Shown one piece after another: positions 49,901 through 57,304 of a stretch of 64,000 bases of DNA. Below the pieces are notes generated by a model that saw only the letters and a list, made by a program, of their open reading frames with translations, was not told where the DNA came from and ran no database searches. Position 1 is the first letter of the stretch. Every line of letters begins with the position of its first letter. The position numbers and the translations under genes were made by a program. The DNA is from a virus (Duplodnaviria; Caudoviricetes), in IMG/VR virus record IMGVR_UViG_3300022594_000001; one strand, given 5' to 3'.

Positions 49901-51563
49901 CCCAACAGATCCAACTCAGCTTACTTGGTCAAGTTTAAACTCAGCAGCCGCAGGCGGACAGCCTTCGTTTGCCCAAGTTGCACCAGGTGGTTCTGTAAGC
50001 TGGTCAGGTGGTGCTACAACAACTACATCTACTGCAACTACTACAACGTCATTGAGTGGTACAGCAAGTGTTCCGAACAATTCATTGTTTACACAGCCTA
50101 TTGGTTCAAACATTATCTATGTAACTAAAACAAGTTGGGATACATTAGGTGCTAGTGCCGGTTTTGCTGTAGACTCATCGGAAACTAGATTCCCAAGTGG
50201 TACTACAGTTTCCAGTGTTGCTTCTAATCCGAACCCGATTGCAACAACGCTAGGTTTAGTAACAGGCACAGCAACAATACCTCCAAGTACTTATTTTGCT
50301 ACAGCAGCCGGTGCTAATACTTTATATTTTACACAGGCAAGCTGGACTGCATTAAATGGTGCAATCGGTACTGCTGTTTATAGTAATGATTTCCCTGCAG
50401 GAACAACAGTATCAAACGTAACAGGTCCTGCGGTTGCTGCTGGACAAAGTTATTATGCAGTTACGTTTAGTGCAAGTACTACATCGATACATAATCCGAT
50501 CCAGTCAACAGTTAGCACAACTACTATTAACGTTACTAACAACGTAGTAACATTATATTTTAACGCTACACAAACTTACACACCGTATGTTGTTGGTGAA
50601 AACTTAACAGTTAGTACGTCTTATGCTACAGTTAACGGTACAAGAGCAGTAACTGCATGTACAACAACATATGTACAATTTGCATTAGTAACAACTAACG
50701 TAGCTAATACAGCAATCACTGGTACAGTTCAAAACCAGACAACCTTAAACAATGTTACATTCTATGTAACTGGACAAGCAACATCCGGTGCAACTAGTTT
50801 GAATTTTACACAGGCAAGTTGGGCTGCATTACCAATTGGTACCGCTACAGTTACTAACACTGTTAATGATACTGGCAAGTTTGCAGCTAATACGCAGATT
50901 AGTGCTATTAGTGCGTTGAAGACATTTAACGGAGTGAACTATTACACTGTATCATTCAACAGTTCGTTACTAGCAAGCCAACCAGTAAGTACTGCGGTAA
51001 CATTTAACTATACACCGTATTACGTTGTAACATTAAGTAAAACTTCAACAAGCTCTGTAGTGTACAATACAACTGTGCCGTTTACACCTGCAATTATCGG
51101 TTCTAACACATCTTTCTTGTATTTTACAAAAGCAAGTTGGGAAACCTTAACATCAACGTATGGTGCAGGCGCAGGAACAACGGTTGCTGATCCTACCAAA
51201 TTCCCAAGCGGAACATCGATTCAGTCGGTCACTGTGTTACAGTCATTTGGTGGAACACAGTACTATCGTGTAAACTTTACACAAAGCTCGATTACATCAA
51301 TTGCAGGTGGAGCTACAGTTACATTCCAGTTCGGTCAACCACCATATGCGTTACCGGGTGAAACTGTATTCTCATTCATTGCTGCGCCTGGTACAGGTAG
51401 TGCGTTAGACTTGTCTAGCTTGAAAGAATTGACTAATACCACATTAGGCGGTAGAGGAACATATCCAAATGGTCCGGACGTATTAGCTATTAACGTGTAT
51501 AAGACATCTGGTTCAGCGATTCCAACGAACATTATTATTCGTTGGGGTGAAGCGCAGGCTTAA
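43923..51563 (+). CDS. Giant virion structural protein (2546 aa) with four N-terminal C-x-R-D helical repeats
   Basis: KCxRD(M/V/I)G(Y/F) repeats at 44235, 44622, 44832 and 45240, then DAIERMRVAPPQSMLDADFEYGLQPTKW, FDDQNGMFW and WYGAGF segments and T/G-rich beta modules. Confidence 0.7.
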   Translation: MAKKRIANYAFFPGVSSDSNAYPNAYSLLKANKTFITKEASAYLASKVVSDTAQNLYPNAVALLTANKQYILDEISAWTAYQTTNALVSSPFYGYTYGATEIAKCKRDMGYLIDALIYDIRYGGNEQVSYVASQYYLSGVVQLINVPVELLIQTQLWNLIKNYILTKTLYSSQQSPVTSTQTTSGNTVETGATTAANTLSTITYNVINGGLSTLPTLVYSSFNFAGYTYDTSKCERDVGFILDAYANDLRYGGNFQTRLISSRYWDGERPQIIGDRKSEIYTHQFIRDLINHTVFFGSINTIKCERDIGYLLDGVKYDIALGTNYNSVFLGLAEDNSQDLSATVITAIQTAQTTVANLSAVSSSTTATTRSNSFFTQVLTIAQNGPSSASLVNYTNPTNATNSQMAANDKLVNNKAFIQAEVNAWVALNYPSSTHDPVKCSRDIGYAIDALAYDILYGGNSATYRQAKFFFYGFADGSSGIDATHTAVTIAAYNYFKSIVDNIVQGQTVTPTTAGTNPNTQSQITSGNNASSSDATICQNLVQITTNVINAGTQPAALAYLATITLTYPDVSWSTTALKAAKTAIETNRAAIISVSADYVPLQNSYPRQLLNGIAGEDGSDVVITNLASIVTSVIQNGLTSLPTLVNGVTTIKVQGQYTLDKLLLITNASNNQFLYNFSDPTLGAIATFNGPYDSNGHFQDEQFPQFLQTSDYVTTLVLKADTSLCSSTDDVQIFVESEEQKTRPYDFGTDAIERMRVAPPQSMLDADFEYGLQPTKWQAIGIARGYPSVYEIPGSDTAVLTVVTDASAGTGGIGESLITVTTASAHGFSVGTPITIRSLANTVSGFNRAEGTFIIISVPTQTTFTFYAAAKVGTTNGQILATTYTQLRKGAFYTGASIGTPTLSVYNNGQVGSFTTKFITPAGSGQIAVQGAMPTLGVPLSVTGLTTGTQVTGTVGTGGQVATATVGAPVNIGDTSIAVASTTGILEGMAIDNGTGTALFVSSIVGNTINFNGPVTAAKAGSVQTYLNVSGTNVTPGGTGAQFSISRVSGAYNNLIVQTGGASYVPGTRIKILGTALGGLSPINDAVIKVGTVINGQLATFTRAGTANSPFTTVNGISQSSTNGAGFGATFNVSDAGGGVYTVTLATPGSGYAVNNTITILGSFLGGADGTNDLTLTITAVNNGAIGTASFVSGNSVSGERSYTGITQSSTSGSGSGATFDIQTSGGVYVVTLTSPGLTYVLNETITILGSVLGGVNGANNLTVTVTAASPFGGGIQTYNSAGTPSTTDATFTSLSGTKITPATGASFDITRSGGSYSPPVLNLTGSGYEINDVILVDGALLGGSSGTNDATITVTGATLGAVTSASITGTATTGATVAFWSAVSISDVSTSSIADSNSITTIAIATIQITWPTQHGLVPGMSLLVDITSSGTNHALAKGPFFVESVPNLNTIRYTARTSGAFDTNTALTGVVYARPESFFIHRPFDGGVQLGTGGPQHGSQAVRMSKKYIRYQSGKGIMYTTGALFAPSYNLQSATALGTAVGSYITFTTDDVDHGCQVGGRVQISGIDTAGYNGIYTIVSIQTERIFTVQAQSNLGSLYGQITTSAQMSILNWHGATVRAGTFDDQNGMFWQYNGKELAVGRRSSTFQLSGVSSIAKDTNLITGTNTRFRDQVKSGDKLVIKGMTHTVTNVNSQTSMSVTPDYRGASDCLNAKICLVQEILIPQSQFNLDRLDGTGPSGYNLDITKMQMIGMQWSWYGAGFIDFMLRGSDGNYVFAHRIRNSNVNTEAYMRTGNMPVRYEVHNESAFGKLRSSITATQTTIPLFDASAFPNEAGYVYVDNEIIAFTGKSGNVLTGCTRAAPMPQFTGGSTRLFTAGSATTHEVNTGVILISNTITPIISHWGSAFITDGQFDNDRGYIFNYASTGIQASTTKQTAFLLRLAPSVSNAITGDLGDRELINRAQLLLQAIEVTSDAGTGGLVVEGILNPQNYPTDPTQLTWSSLNSAAAGGQPSFAQVAPGGSVSWSGGATTTTSTATTTTSLSGTASVPNNSLFTQPIGSNIIYVTKTSWDTLGASAGFAVDSSETRFPSGTTVSSVASNPNPIATTLGLVTGTATIPPSTYFATAAGANTLYFTQASWTALNGAIGTAVYSNDFPAGTTVSNVTGPAVAAGQSYYAVTFSASTTSIHNPIQSTVSTTTINVTNNVVTLYFNATQTYTPYVVGENLTVSTSYATVNGTRAVTACTTTYVQFALVTTNVANTAITGTVQNQTTLNNVTFYVTGQATSGATSLNFTQASWAALPIGTATVTNTVNDTGKFAANTQISAISALKTFNGVNYYTVSFNSSLLASQPVSTAVTFNYTPYYVVTLSKTSTSSVVYNTTVPFTPAIIGSNTSFLYFTKASWETLTSTYGAGAGTTVADPTKFPSGTSIQSVTVLQSFGGTQYYRVNFTQSSITSIAGGATVTFQFGQPPYALPGETVFSFIAAPGTGSALDLSSLKELTNTTLGGRGTYPNGPDVLAINVYKTSGSAIPTNIIIRWGEAQA

Positions 51564-52018
51564 AGAGTATCAATAACGTCGATAATATCAAACACTGTTT
51601 GAAATTTATTACGTATTGTTTTATTTGAAAAGCTATTTCGCAAACCTTGATGCAAGGGTTTTGGAGCATAATCAACTGTGCTCCATGCCCATGCGCAGTG
51701 TTCGTCGCTTAGTATTGGTATAAACTCATCCTTAACAACACACAAGTACGTGTGAAAATTAAAAACTTTGTCATTGCTAACAAAGGTTTCTAATGGGATT
51801 GTTTTGATAATTTTTGGAATTGATCCGATTTCTTCTTGGATCTCACGTTGAAGTCCTTGCCATGGGTTTTCGTCTTGTAAATTAGTACCGCCTACTAGAC
51901 CCCAAGTACCTTCATGTTTGCCACGGGCTTTTTGCAACAATAAAAATCTTCGTGTTGATTTAGCGTAGATTAATGCTCCGCTACATACAATACGATCCTT
52001 TATAGTTCTATTCTCCAT
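51560..52018 (-). CDS. NUDIX hydrolase
   Basis: Canonical Nudix box G-TNLQD-E-NPWQGLQ-REIQEEIG (GX5EX7REUXEEXG). Confidence 0.9.
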   Translation of the reverse strand: MENRTIKDRIVCSGALIYAKSTRRFLLLQKARGKHEGTWGLVGGTNLQDENPWQGLQREIQEEIGSIPKIIKTIPLETFVSNDKVFNFHTYLCVVKDEFIPILSDEHCAWAWSTVDYAPKPLHQGLRNSFSNKTIRNKFQTVFDIIDVIDTL

Positions 52019-53454
52019 GCGCCTACGTTATAAACACCTTCAAATGCTTTAGCCCAGTATACGCCATTCCATACGTATTGAACTCCACTGTATATATTAG
52101 TTTGATAGATGTTTGAATGAGATTCTTGAGCAGCTTCAAACACAATATTCCATTGTGATCCATCCCATTCGATAATGTCGTTTGCTTTGGCTACAAAGTC
52201 TACGCCGCTTAAAGACTTCCAAGCATCAGGACCGTCTTCATTAATTACATCGCCGATATCTTCAACAATTAAGAATCTATCACCTGCTACTACGTTTTGC
52301 ATACCATTGCCTGGATAAACTTTTTGTGGATCAATAATAGCATCAAAAGTTCCGGCACTCATGTTATTTGCTCTGTTTTTAGTAGTAGAATCATACGGTT
52401 CTATCAAATCATTTGTAGTTCTAGTATCGTTATCCCAAGTGATAGATAACAGTGTAGGATCTAACGGATTAATAGCAAATGTTCCTACAACAAATGTACC
52501 GTTTGATTGTTGTAAGTAGATAGTAGACGACCCTGCTTTATATTGTCCAGGATATGCGTTAAACACGGCATCCCACGGTATTGGAGTACCTTGACGAGTT
52601 GGAATTTCTAAAGTAATTTCTCTAGGAATCGCATTTTCACCTTCGCCTAAAATAATTGCTTGATTATTATAAACTTCGATGTTGTAATCTGTAATAGTTG
52701 TAACAACCTTAGCTAGCACGTTAGATAATGTAGTGTCTGGGCCAGCCAGCGGTTGTCCTAATCCTTCTATATATGTACTAGTATCAGTAGATGCTGACTC
52801 GTACAAACTAGTAATGATATTAGTAATAACTCCAAGGTGTTTAACTTTAGCAGGAGGACTAATCCAAATAGGAGTATCTAATGTTAGTGTACCAATATCA
52901 ATAGGAGTATCTGCTCCAACAGGAACTGTTCTAGAACTCCAAGAAATATTTCCTAGATTCAATACAGTTAGACTAGTCCAATCGATATAGTTGTCTGTAG
53001 TTTGTAGCTCTAAACTTGGATTAAAGAACACAAGTAGCTGTTCCATAACTTGCATTTTTTGATCAGTGTTAGCAGTCCAGATGTCACACTTCATAGTTAG
53101 TTTGAACGGAGTTGGCATCAAACGCTCAACAGTATAGTTACGTCCTTGCCCTTGAGTATATTCCCCAGCAACAACATCACGTTCTCTAATATGCATTTTA
53201 CCGACATAGGTAGCATCTGACAACCGCTCTCTGTCAAGTTGTAAATCAGTAATGTAAACGCTAATTCTTGGTACGCTATTAACTACATTTTCACTGTTTT
53301 GGCGCATAATAGTAGCCGCTTGACGATCAGCATCGCCGTATACTACAGGTATACGATGAATTGTTCCATCACCATACTTAACAGTAAAATTACTAAGCAC
53401 ACGAATAACCTGTGCAACATATCTTCTAATTTGTCCGTCGTAAAAATGTAACAT
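52000..53454 (-). CDS. gp15: Tail completion/terminator protein, gp15-like, with a C-terminal extension
   Basis: HFYDGQIRRYVAQVIRVLSNF, IPVVYGD, PRISVYITDLQLDRERL, PTPFKLTMKCDIW and QILVFFNP-like motifs. Confidence 0.75.
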   Translation of the reverse strand: MLHFYDGQIRRYVAQVIRVLSNFTVKYGDGTIHRIPVVYGDADRQAATIMRQNSENVVNSVPRISVYITDLQLDRERLSDATYVGKMHIRERDVVAGEYTQGQGRNYTVERLMPTPFKLTMKCDIWTANTDQKMQVMEQLLVFFNPSLELQTTDNYIDWTSLTVLNLGNISWSSRTVPVGADTPIDIGTLTLDTPIWISPPAKVKHLGVITNIITSLYESASTDTSTYIEGLGQPLAGPDTTLSNVLAKVVTTITDYNIEVYNNQAIILGEGENAIPREITLEIPTRQGTPIPWDAVFNAYPGQYKAGSSTIYLQQSNGTFVVGTFAINPLDPTLLSITWDNDTRTTNDLIEPYDSTTKNRANNMSAGTFDAIIDPQKVYPGNGMQNVVAGDRFLIVEDIGDVINEDGPDAWKSLSGVDFVAKANDIIEWDGSQWNIVFEAAQESHSNIYQTNIYSGVQYVWNGVYWAKAFEGVYNVGAWRIEL

Positions 53455-54863
53455 TATAAATCTGCCCTAGGTCTTAGTACTTTACTCAACGATTGTCTTT
53501 GTTCAACTTTATTGTTACATAGACTCAATTTCCATGCACCTGCATACGGAACTGCTTGCTGTACTGAACCAACAATTGGCAATGTAATGCGAACCCTGCC
53601 CGCATGATTTGAAATCATTGAAGGATAAGTTGCTGAATCAAAAGCAATTTCTACAGTATCTAATTTAAGAACAACGTATGCAGCAGTTATGTAATCTAAT
53701 GTCGAGTCAATTACATACTGGTTTACAGTTAATGTAACATGATCAACTCCGACAGCATCGTTGTAGATAGCAGTAGTATTATTAATAAAACTAGTTTTAA
53801 GTGTCTGACGCTGATTGTTGTTAGTCATTGTCATGCGTACACTATCTTCTACCTTAACCCATCGAGAACCATCAAATCGAAATAAACGATTTGGCATAAA
53901 ATCTGTGCGTAAAAAATAATCGTCAATTCCGGGAGTGTCTGGAAATTGAATCCCGTGTCCAAATTGTGCTCCAGAATTTAATCCGTTTGGAGCCCATCCG
54001 TCACCGACTAAGTATCCTGTATACCCTGTACGCACTGGAGCTGACGCATTTTCGCTAGCATTGTAAGATTCGTTACTGGCATCTAATGAAGTTTCGTCAG
54101 CAGTCTCAATCCTAGGCTTACCATTCTCGTCAACAGCTAAAGTATAAAATTGTCTAGTCTCATATCCGCTTAATGGAGCGTCTGCTTCTGCTTCTGCAAT
54201 TTCGGCATCGTTGATTGCAATTTCTTTATTAAATGTGCTTAGTAAATCTTTTAAGGTAGTACCGTCAGCCATCGGGTCGCCGTTTGCATCGAGCGCAGCC
54301 TTATTAAAGATGTCTGCAAATTGTTGACTATCGGTTACTTTCTTAAGTTTTAATCTATATAAATGCGGATACCAAGTTACTGAAAACCCTTCACTTGCAC
54401 GGCCTACGTCTTCAATAACATAATAACGAGGTAGCCCTACATCAAAATTGTTAAGAGCAAAATTGTCTTTTAGATGAGGTAATTCTAACACATCACCGCT
54501 CATAGGTTTACGACCAATGTACTTAATAAAATCATTAATATGCACAGTCATAAACAGTGTATCGTTATCGATAAACAAGCCAAATTGGCTTAAATTAAAA
54601 TCGATATTTTGTACGTTGTACATGCCACGGATTCTGTAAACCGACGGATCGTATTTGCGATCACGATTTTCAAGGAACATTAAATCCTGGATTTGTGTAT
54701 GGTCTTTGGCTATTACGTTACCGTTTGCATCCATTGCTTCTGTACCGACGTACTTGTGCAAATAGACGTCTGTACCGCCCGCTTGGAACATTTCTGAGGC
54801 TTGGCGATCTATAAACTTATAGTCGTTGCCTTTTTCTGGTTTATAAAGACTTAATCTTGGCAT
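53454..54863 (-). CDS. gp14: Neck/head-closure protein, gp14-like (start re-assigned to 54863, MPRLSLYKP)
   Basis: GTDVYLHKYVG, LSQFGLFIDNDTLFMTVH, GDVLELPHL and WYPHLYRLK motifs. Preceded on the minus strand by ATAAATA. Confidence 0.7.
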   Translation of the reverse strand: MPRLSLYKPEKGNDYKFIDRQASEMFQAGGTDVYLHKYVGTEAMDANGNVIAKDHTQIQDLMFLENRDRKYDPSVYRIRGMYNVQNIDFNLSQFGLFIDNDTLFMTVHINDFIKYIGRKPMSGDVLELPHLKDNFALNNFDVGLPRYYVIEDVGRASEGFSVTWYPHLYRLKLKKVTDSQQFADIFNKAALDANGDPMADGTTLKDLLSTFNKEIAINDAEIAEAEADAPLSGYETRQFYTLAVDENGKPRIETADETSLDASNESYNASENASAPVRTGYTGYLVGDGWAPNGLNSGAQFGHGIQFPDTPGIDDYFLRTDFMPNRLFRFDGSRWVKVEDSVRMTMTNNNQRQTLKTSFINNTTAIYNDAVGVDHVTLTVNQYVIDSTLDYITAAYVVLKLDTVEIAFDSATYPSMISNHAGRVRITLPIVGSVQQAVPYAGAWKLSLCNNKVEQRQSLSKVLRPRADL

Positions 54864-54870
54864 AGTAGTA

Positions 54871-54890
54871 TATTTATCGCCGCATAAATA
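54871..54890. promoter_or_regulatory. Back-to-back divergent late promoters
   Basis: TATTTAT-CGCCGC-ATAAATA between the divergent gp14-like and gp13-like genes. Confidence 0.7.
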
Positions 54891-54906
54891 TGTATGGAGA
54901 CTAAAA

Positions 54907-55674
54907 ATGTCAGAACTTAATTCAACAACAGAGCGCAATAAGGTATTTGATTATGTACGCACTATGCTAGGCGATGGCATGGTCGAAGTAGAGCTTGATC
55001 CAAAACACCTAGAAATTGCCCTAAATCGCGCAATTAACAAATTCCGTCAACGCAGCTCAAATTCCGTTGAAGAAAGTTATATGTTCCTGGAACTAATCCA
55101 GGATCAAAACGAGTACCGCTTGCCCGACGAAGTGATCGAAGTGAGAGAAGTGTTTAGAAGAGCAATTGGAAGTAGAAGTGGGTTAGGTGCAGGCGGTACC
55201 CTTTTTGAGCCATTTAACTTAGCATATACAAACACCTATTTGTTAAGCGGAACTATGATGGGCGGACTAGCAACATACGAAATGTTTGCTGGATACCAAA
55301 AATTAGTAGGACGTATGTTTGGTAGCTATATTGAATACAAGTGGAAGCAGCAAAACCATACTCTTACAATACTGCAAAGACCCTTTGCAGCAGGCGAACA
55401 GATACTGTTACGTACATACAACTACCGCCCTGATTACGTGCTGCTAGACGACTTATACGCAAAGCAGTGGCTATATGATTATACCTTAGCAGTGGCTAAA
55501 TTACAACTAGGCGAAGCACGTAGCAAATTTGCTAGTATTGCAGGCCCTGGCAGTCCGATTACTCTTAACGGTACTGCACTATTGCAAGCTGGCAAAGAAG
55601 AAATTGAAAAACTTGAAAAAGAAATTATGGATATGGTTCCAGGCGGAGTACCATACACATTTGTGTTAGGATAA
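54907..55674 (+). CDS. gp13: Neck/head-tail adaptor protein, gp13-like
   Basis: VFDYVRTMLGDGMVEVELDPKHLEIAL, YRLPDEVIEVREVF, WLYDYTLAVAKLQLGEARSKF and ITLNG..LLQAGKEEIEKLE motifs. Confidence 0.8.
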   Translation: MSELNSTTERNKVFDYVRTMLGDGMVEVELDPKHLEIALNRAINKFRQRSSNSVEESYMFLELIQDQNEYRLPDEVIEVREVFRRAIGSRSGLGAGGTLFEPFNLAYTNTYLLSGTMMGGLATYEMFAGYQKLVGRMFGSYIEYKWKQQNHTLTILQRPFAAGEQILLRTYNYRPDYVLLDDLYAKQWLYDYTLAVAKLQLGEARSKFASIAGPGSPITLNGTALLQAGKEEIEKLEKEIMDMVPGGVPYTFVLG

Positions 55675-55677
55675 TTT

Positions 55678-55728
55678 ATGAGCATAAGACATTACATTGA
55701 GATTGTAGAAGCAGGAGGAGAGCAATGA
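55678..55728 (+). CDS. Unannotated 16-aa mini-ORF MSIRHYIEIVEAGGEQ, coupled to the next gene by an ATGA overlap
   Basis: ATG at 55678 and TGA at 55726-55728. It contains the GGAGGAG RBS of the 55725 gene. Confidence 0.45.
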   Translation: MSIRHYIEIVEAGGEQ

Positions 55729-56549
55729 AAATCAACGAAGTAACTCGTAGAGGATTTTTAAAAGGTGTTGCAGGTCTCGCTGCCGCAACAGCTCTACCCG
55801 TAAATACTATTGAAAAACTTGCTAGTGCTTCGCATGTTACTCCGGAAAATCTTAATATTTTCTCTCAAATGGTTCAAACAACTAATCTCAAAACAGCATC
55901 AAATTTTGTTAAAATGTGGGTTGATGCTGGTACTATTGCAGATGTTCATCCCCGCGAAGATTTAAAAGCAGTGTGGAACGCTATAAAGGATTTTCCAGAA
56001 TTTAAATATAGCACTTGGCAAAGTGCAGTATCAGAATACATGGAAGATCATGACATTCCGGAAATTGAACAATTAATCGGACGAGAATTAGAAGTATCAA
56101 AAATTTTTAATATTATTAACTCTCACAACCTTGATAGCGAAGACTTTTCTCAAGATGTATATAAATTTCAATCAGAATTAGTTAATAAAAATGTTACTGA
56201 TAGTACTCAATGGGGACATGATTGGGAAATAAGTAAACCTACTGCATCTAATACAGTATCTAAAACAGTATCTAATGTTGCAAGTGATGCAAGAACCGCA
56301 GTTACTGCGTCTAAACTTCCGGGTAATATTACCAAAGCCGTAGGCGCATTGAAGACATTATATAACAAGTTTGCTGCTCATGCGGATCGCAAATCAGCTG
56401 ACAAAACTGATCCTACGCAGTCACATACACCTGACGCACTTCCAGCACCGACACATGCTGCACTTCCATCACCGTCGCAATCAGAGTTTGATTTAACACC
56501 GGATTTGAGCAGAATTAAAGATCTAGCTGGCATTAAGAAAAAAGGCTAA
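55725..56549 (+). CDS. Protein with an N-terminal twin-arginine (Tat) signal-like motif, putative internal head protein
   Basis: MKINEV-TRRGFLK-GVAGLAAATALP matches (S/T)RRxFLK followed by a hydrophobic stretch. The C-terminus is DLSRIKDLAGIKKKG. Confidence 0.6.
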   Translation: MKINEVTRRGFLKGVAGLAAATALPVNTIEKLASASHVTPENLNIFSQMVQTTNLKTASNFVKMWVDAGTIADVHPREDLKAVWNAIKDFPEFKYSTWQSAVSEYMEDHDIPEIEQLIGRELEVSKIFNIINSHNLDSEDFSQDVYKFQSELVNKNVTDSTQWGHDWEISKPTASNTVSKTVSNVASDARTAVTASKLPGNITKAVGALKTLYNKFAAHADRKSADKTDPTQSHTPDALPAPTHAALPSPSQSEFDLTPDLSRIKDLAGIKKKG

Positions 56550-56556
56550 CAAATAT

Positions 56557-56586
56557 TTGACCCCTCATAGGACTGTAATATATACT
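56557..56586 (+). promoter_or_regulatory. Sigma70-like promoter for dNMP kinase
   Basis: TTGACC (56557-56562), an 18-nt spacer, then TATACT (56581-56586). Confidence 0.55.
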
Positions 56587-56608
56587 ACATCTTATTGAGG
56601 GGTTTCTT

Positions 56609-57304
56609 ATGATTATAGGCGTATGCGGTTTTATTGGGTCTGGCAAAGATACTATTGCTGATTACCTTACAAATTTCCATGGATTTAGAAGAGAAAGTTT
56701 TGCCAACAGTTTAAAAGACGCAGTAGCGCAAGTCTTTGGTTGGGACAGAACAATGCTAGAAGGGCGCACTAAACAAGCCCGTGAATGGCGAGAACAAGTA
56801 GATCCGTGGTGGGCAGAACGCCTAAATATGCCTAACTTAACTCCTCGTTGGGTACTACAATACTGGGGCACTGAAGTATGTCGCAAAGCATTCCACGATG
56901 ATATTTGGATTGCATCCTTAGAAAACAAACTCCGCAATAGTAAAGACGATATTGTTATTAGCGACTGTCGTTTCCCTAACGAAATTAAATCAATTAAAGA
57001 AGCTGGCGGTATTGTTATTCGTGTAAAACGCGGCCCTGAGCCAGAATGGTACCGTGATGCTGCTGATGTTAATGCTGGCCCTAAATGCCTAAATTGGGCA
57101 CTAGCAAGTGGCAGGATGTCAAAGCTAAATATTCATGCTAGTGAAACTGCTTGGGTAGGGACTAAGTTTGATGCAATACTAACAAACGATGGTACTATAG
57201 ATGAGCTTATGGGTAAGGTTAAAGATCTGGTGTTAAACCGCCCTGTTTCCACTTCACACCCTCTCGATGAAGCAGCCGCTGACAATTTGAACACACTGTC
57301 TTAA
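56609..57304 (+). CDS. gp1: Deoxynucleoside monophosphate kinase, T4 gp1-like
   Basis: P-loop IIGVCGFIGSGKDT, then FANSLKD, TPRWVLQYWGTEVCR, VISDCRFPNE and HASE motifs. Confidence 0.9.
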   Translation: MIIGVCGFIGSGKDTIADYLTNFHGFRRESFANSLKDAVAQVFGWDRTMLEGRTKQAREWREQVDPWWAERLNMPNLTPRWVLQYWGTEVCRKAFHDDIWIASLENKLRNSKDDIVISDCRFPNEIKSIKEAGGIVIRVKRGPEPEWYRDAADVNAGPKCLNWALASGRMSKLNIHASETAWVGTKFDAILTNDGTIDELMGKVKDLVLNRPVSTSHPLDEAAADNLNTLS

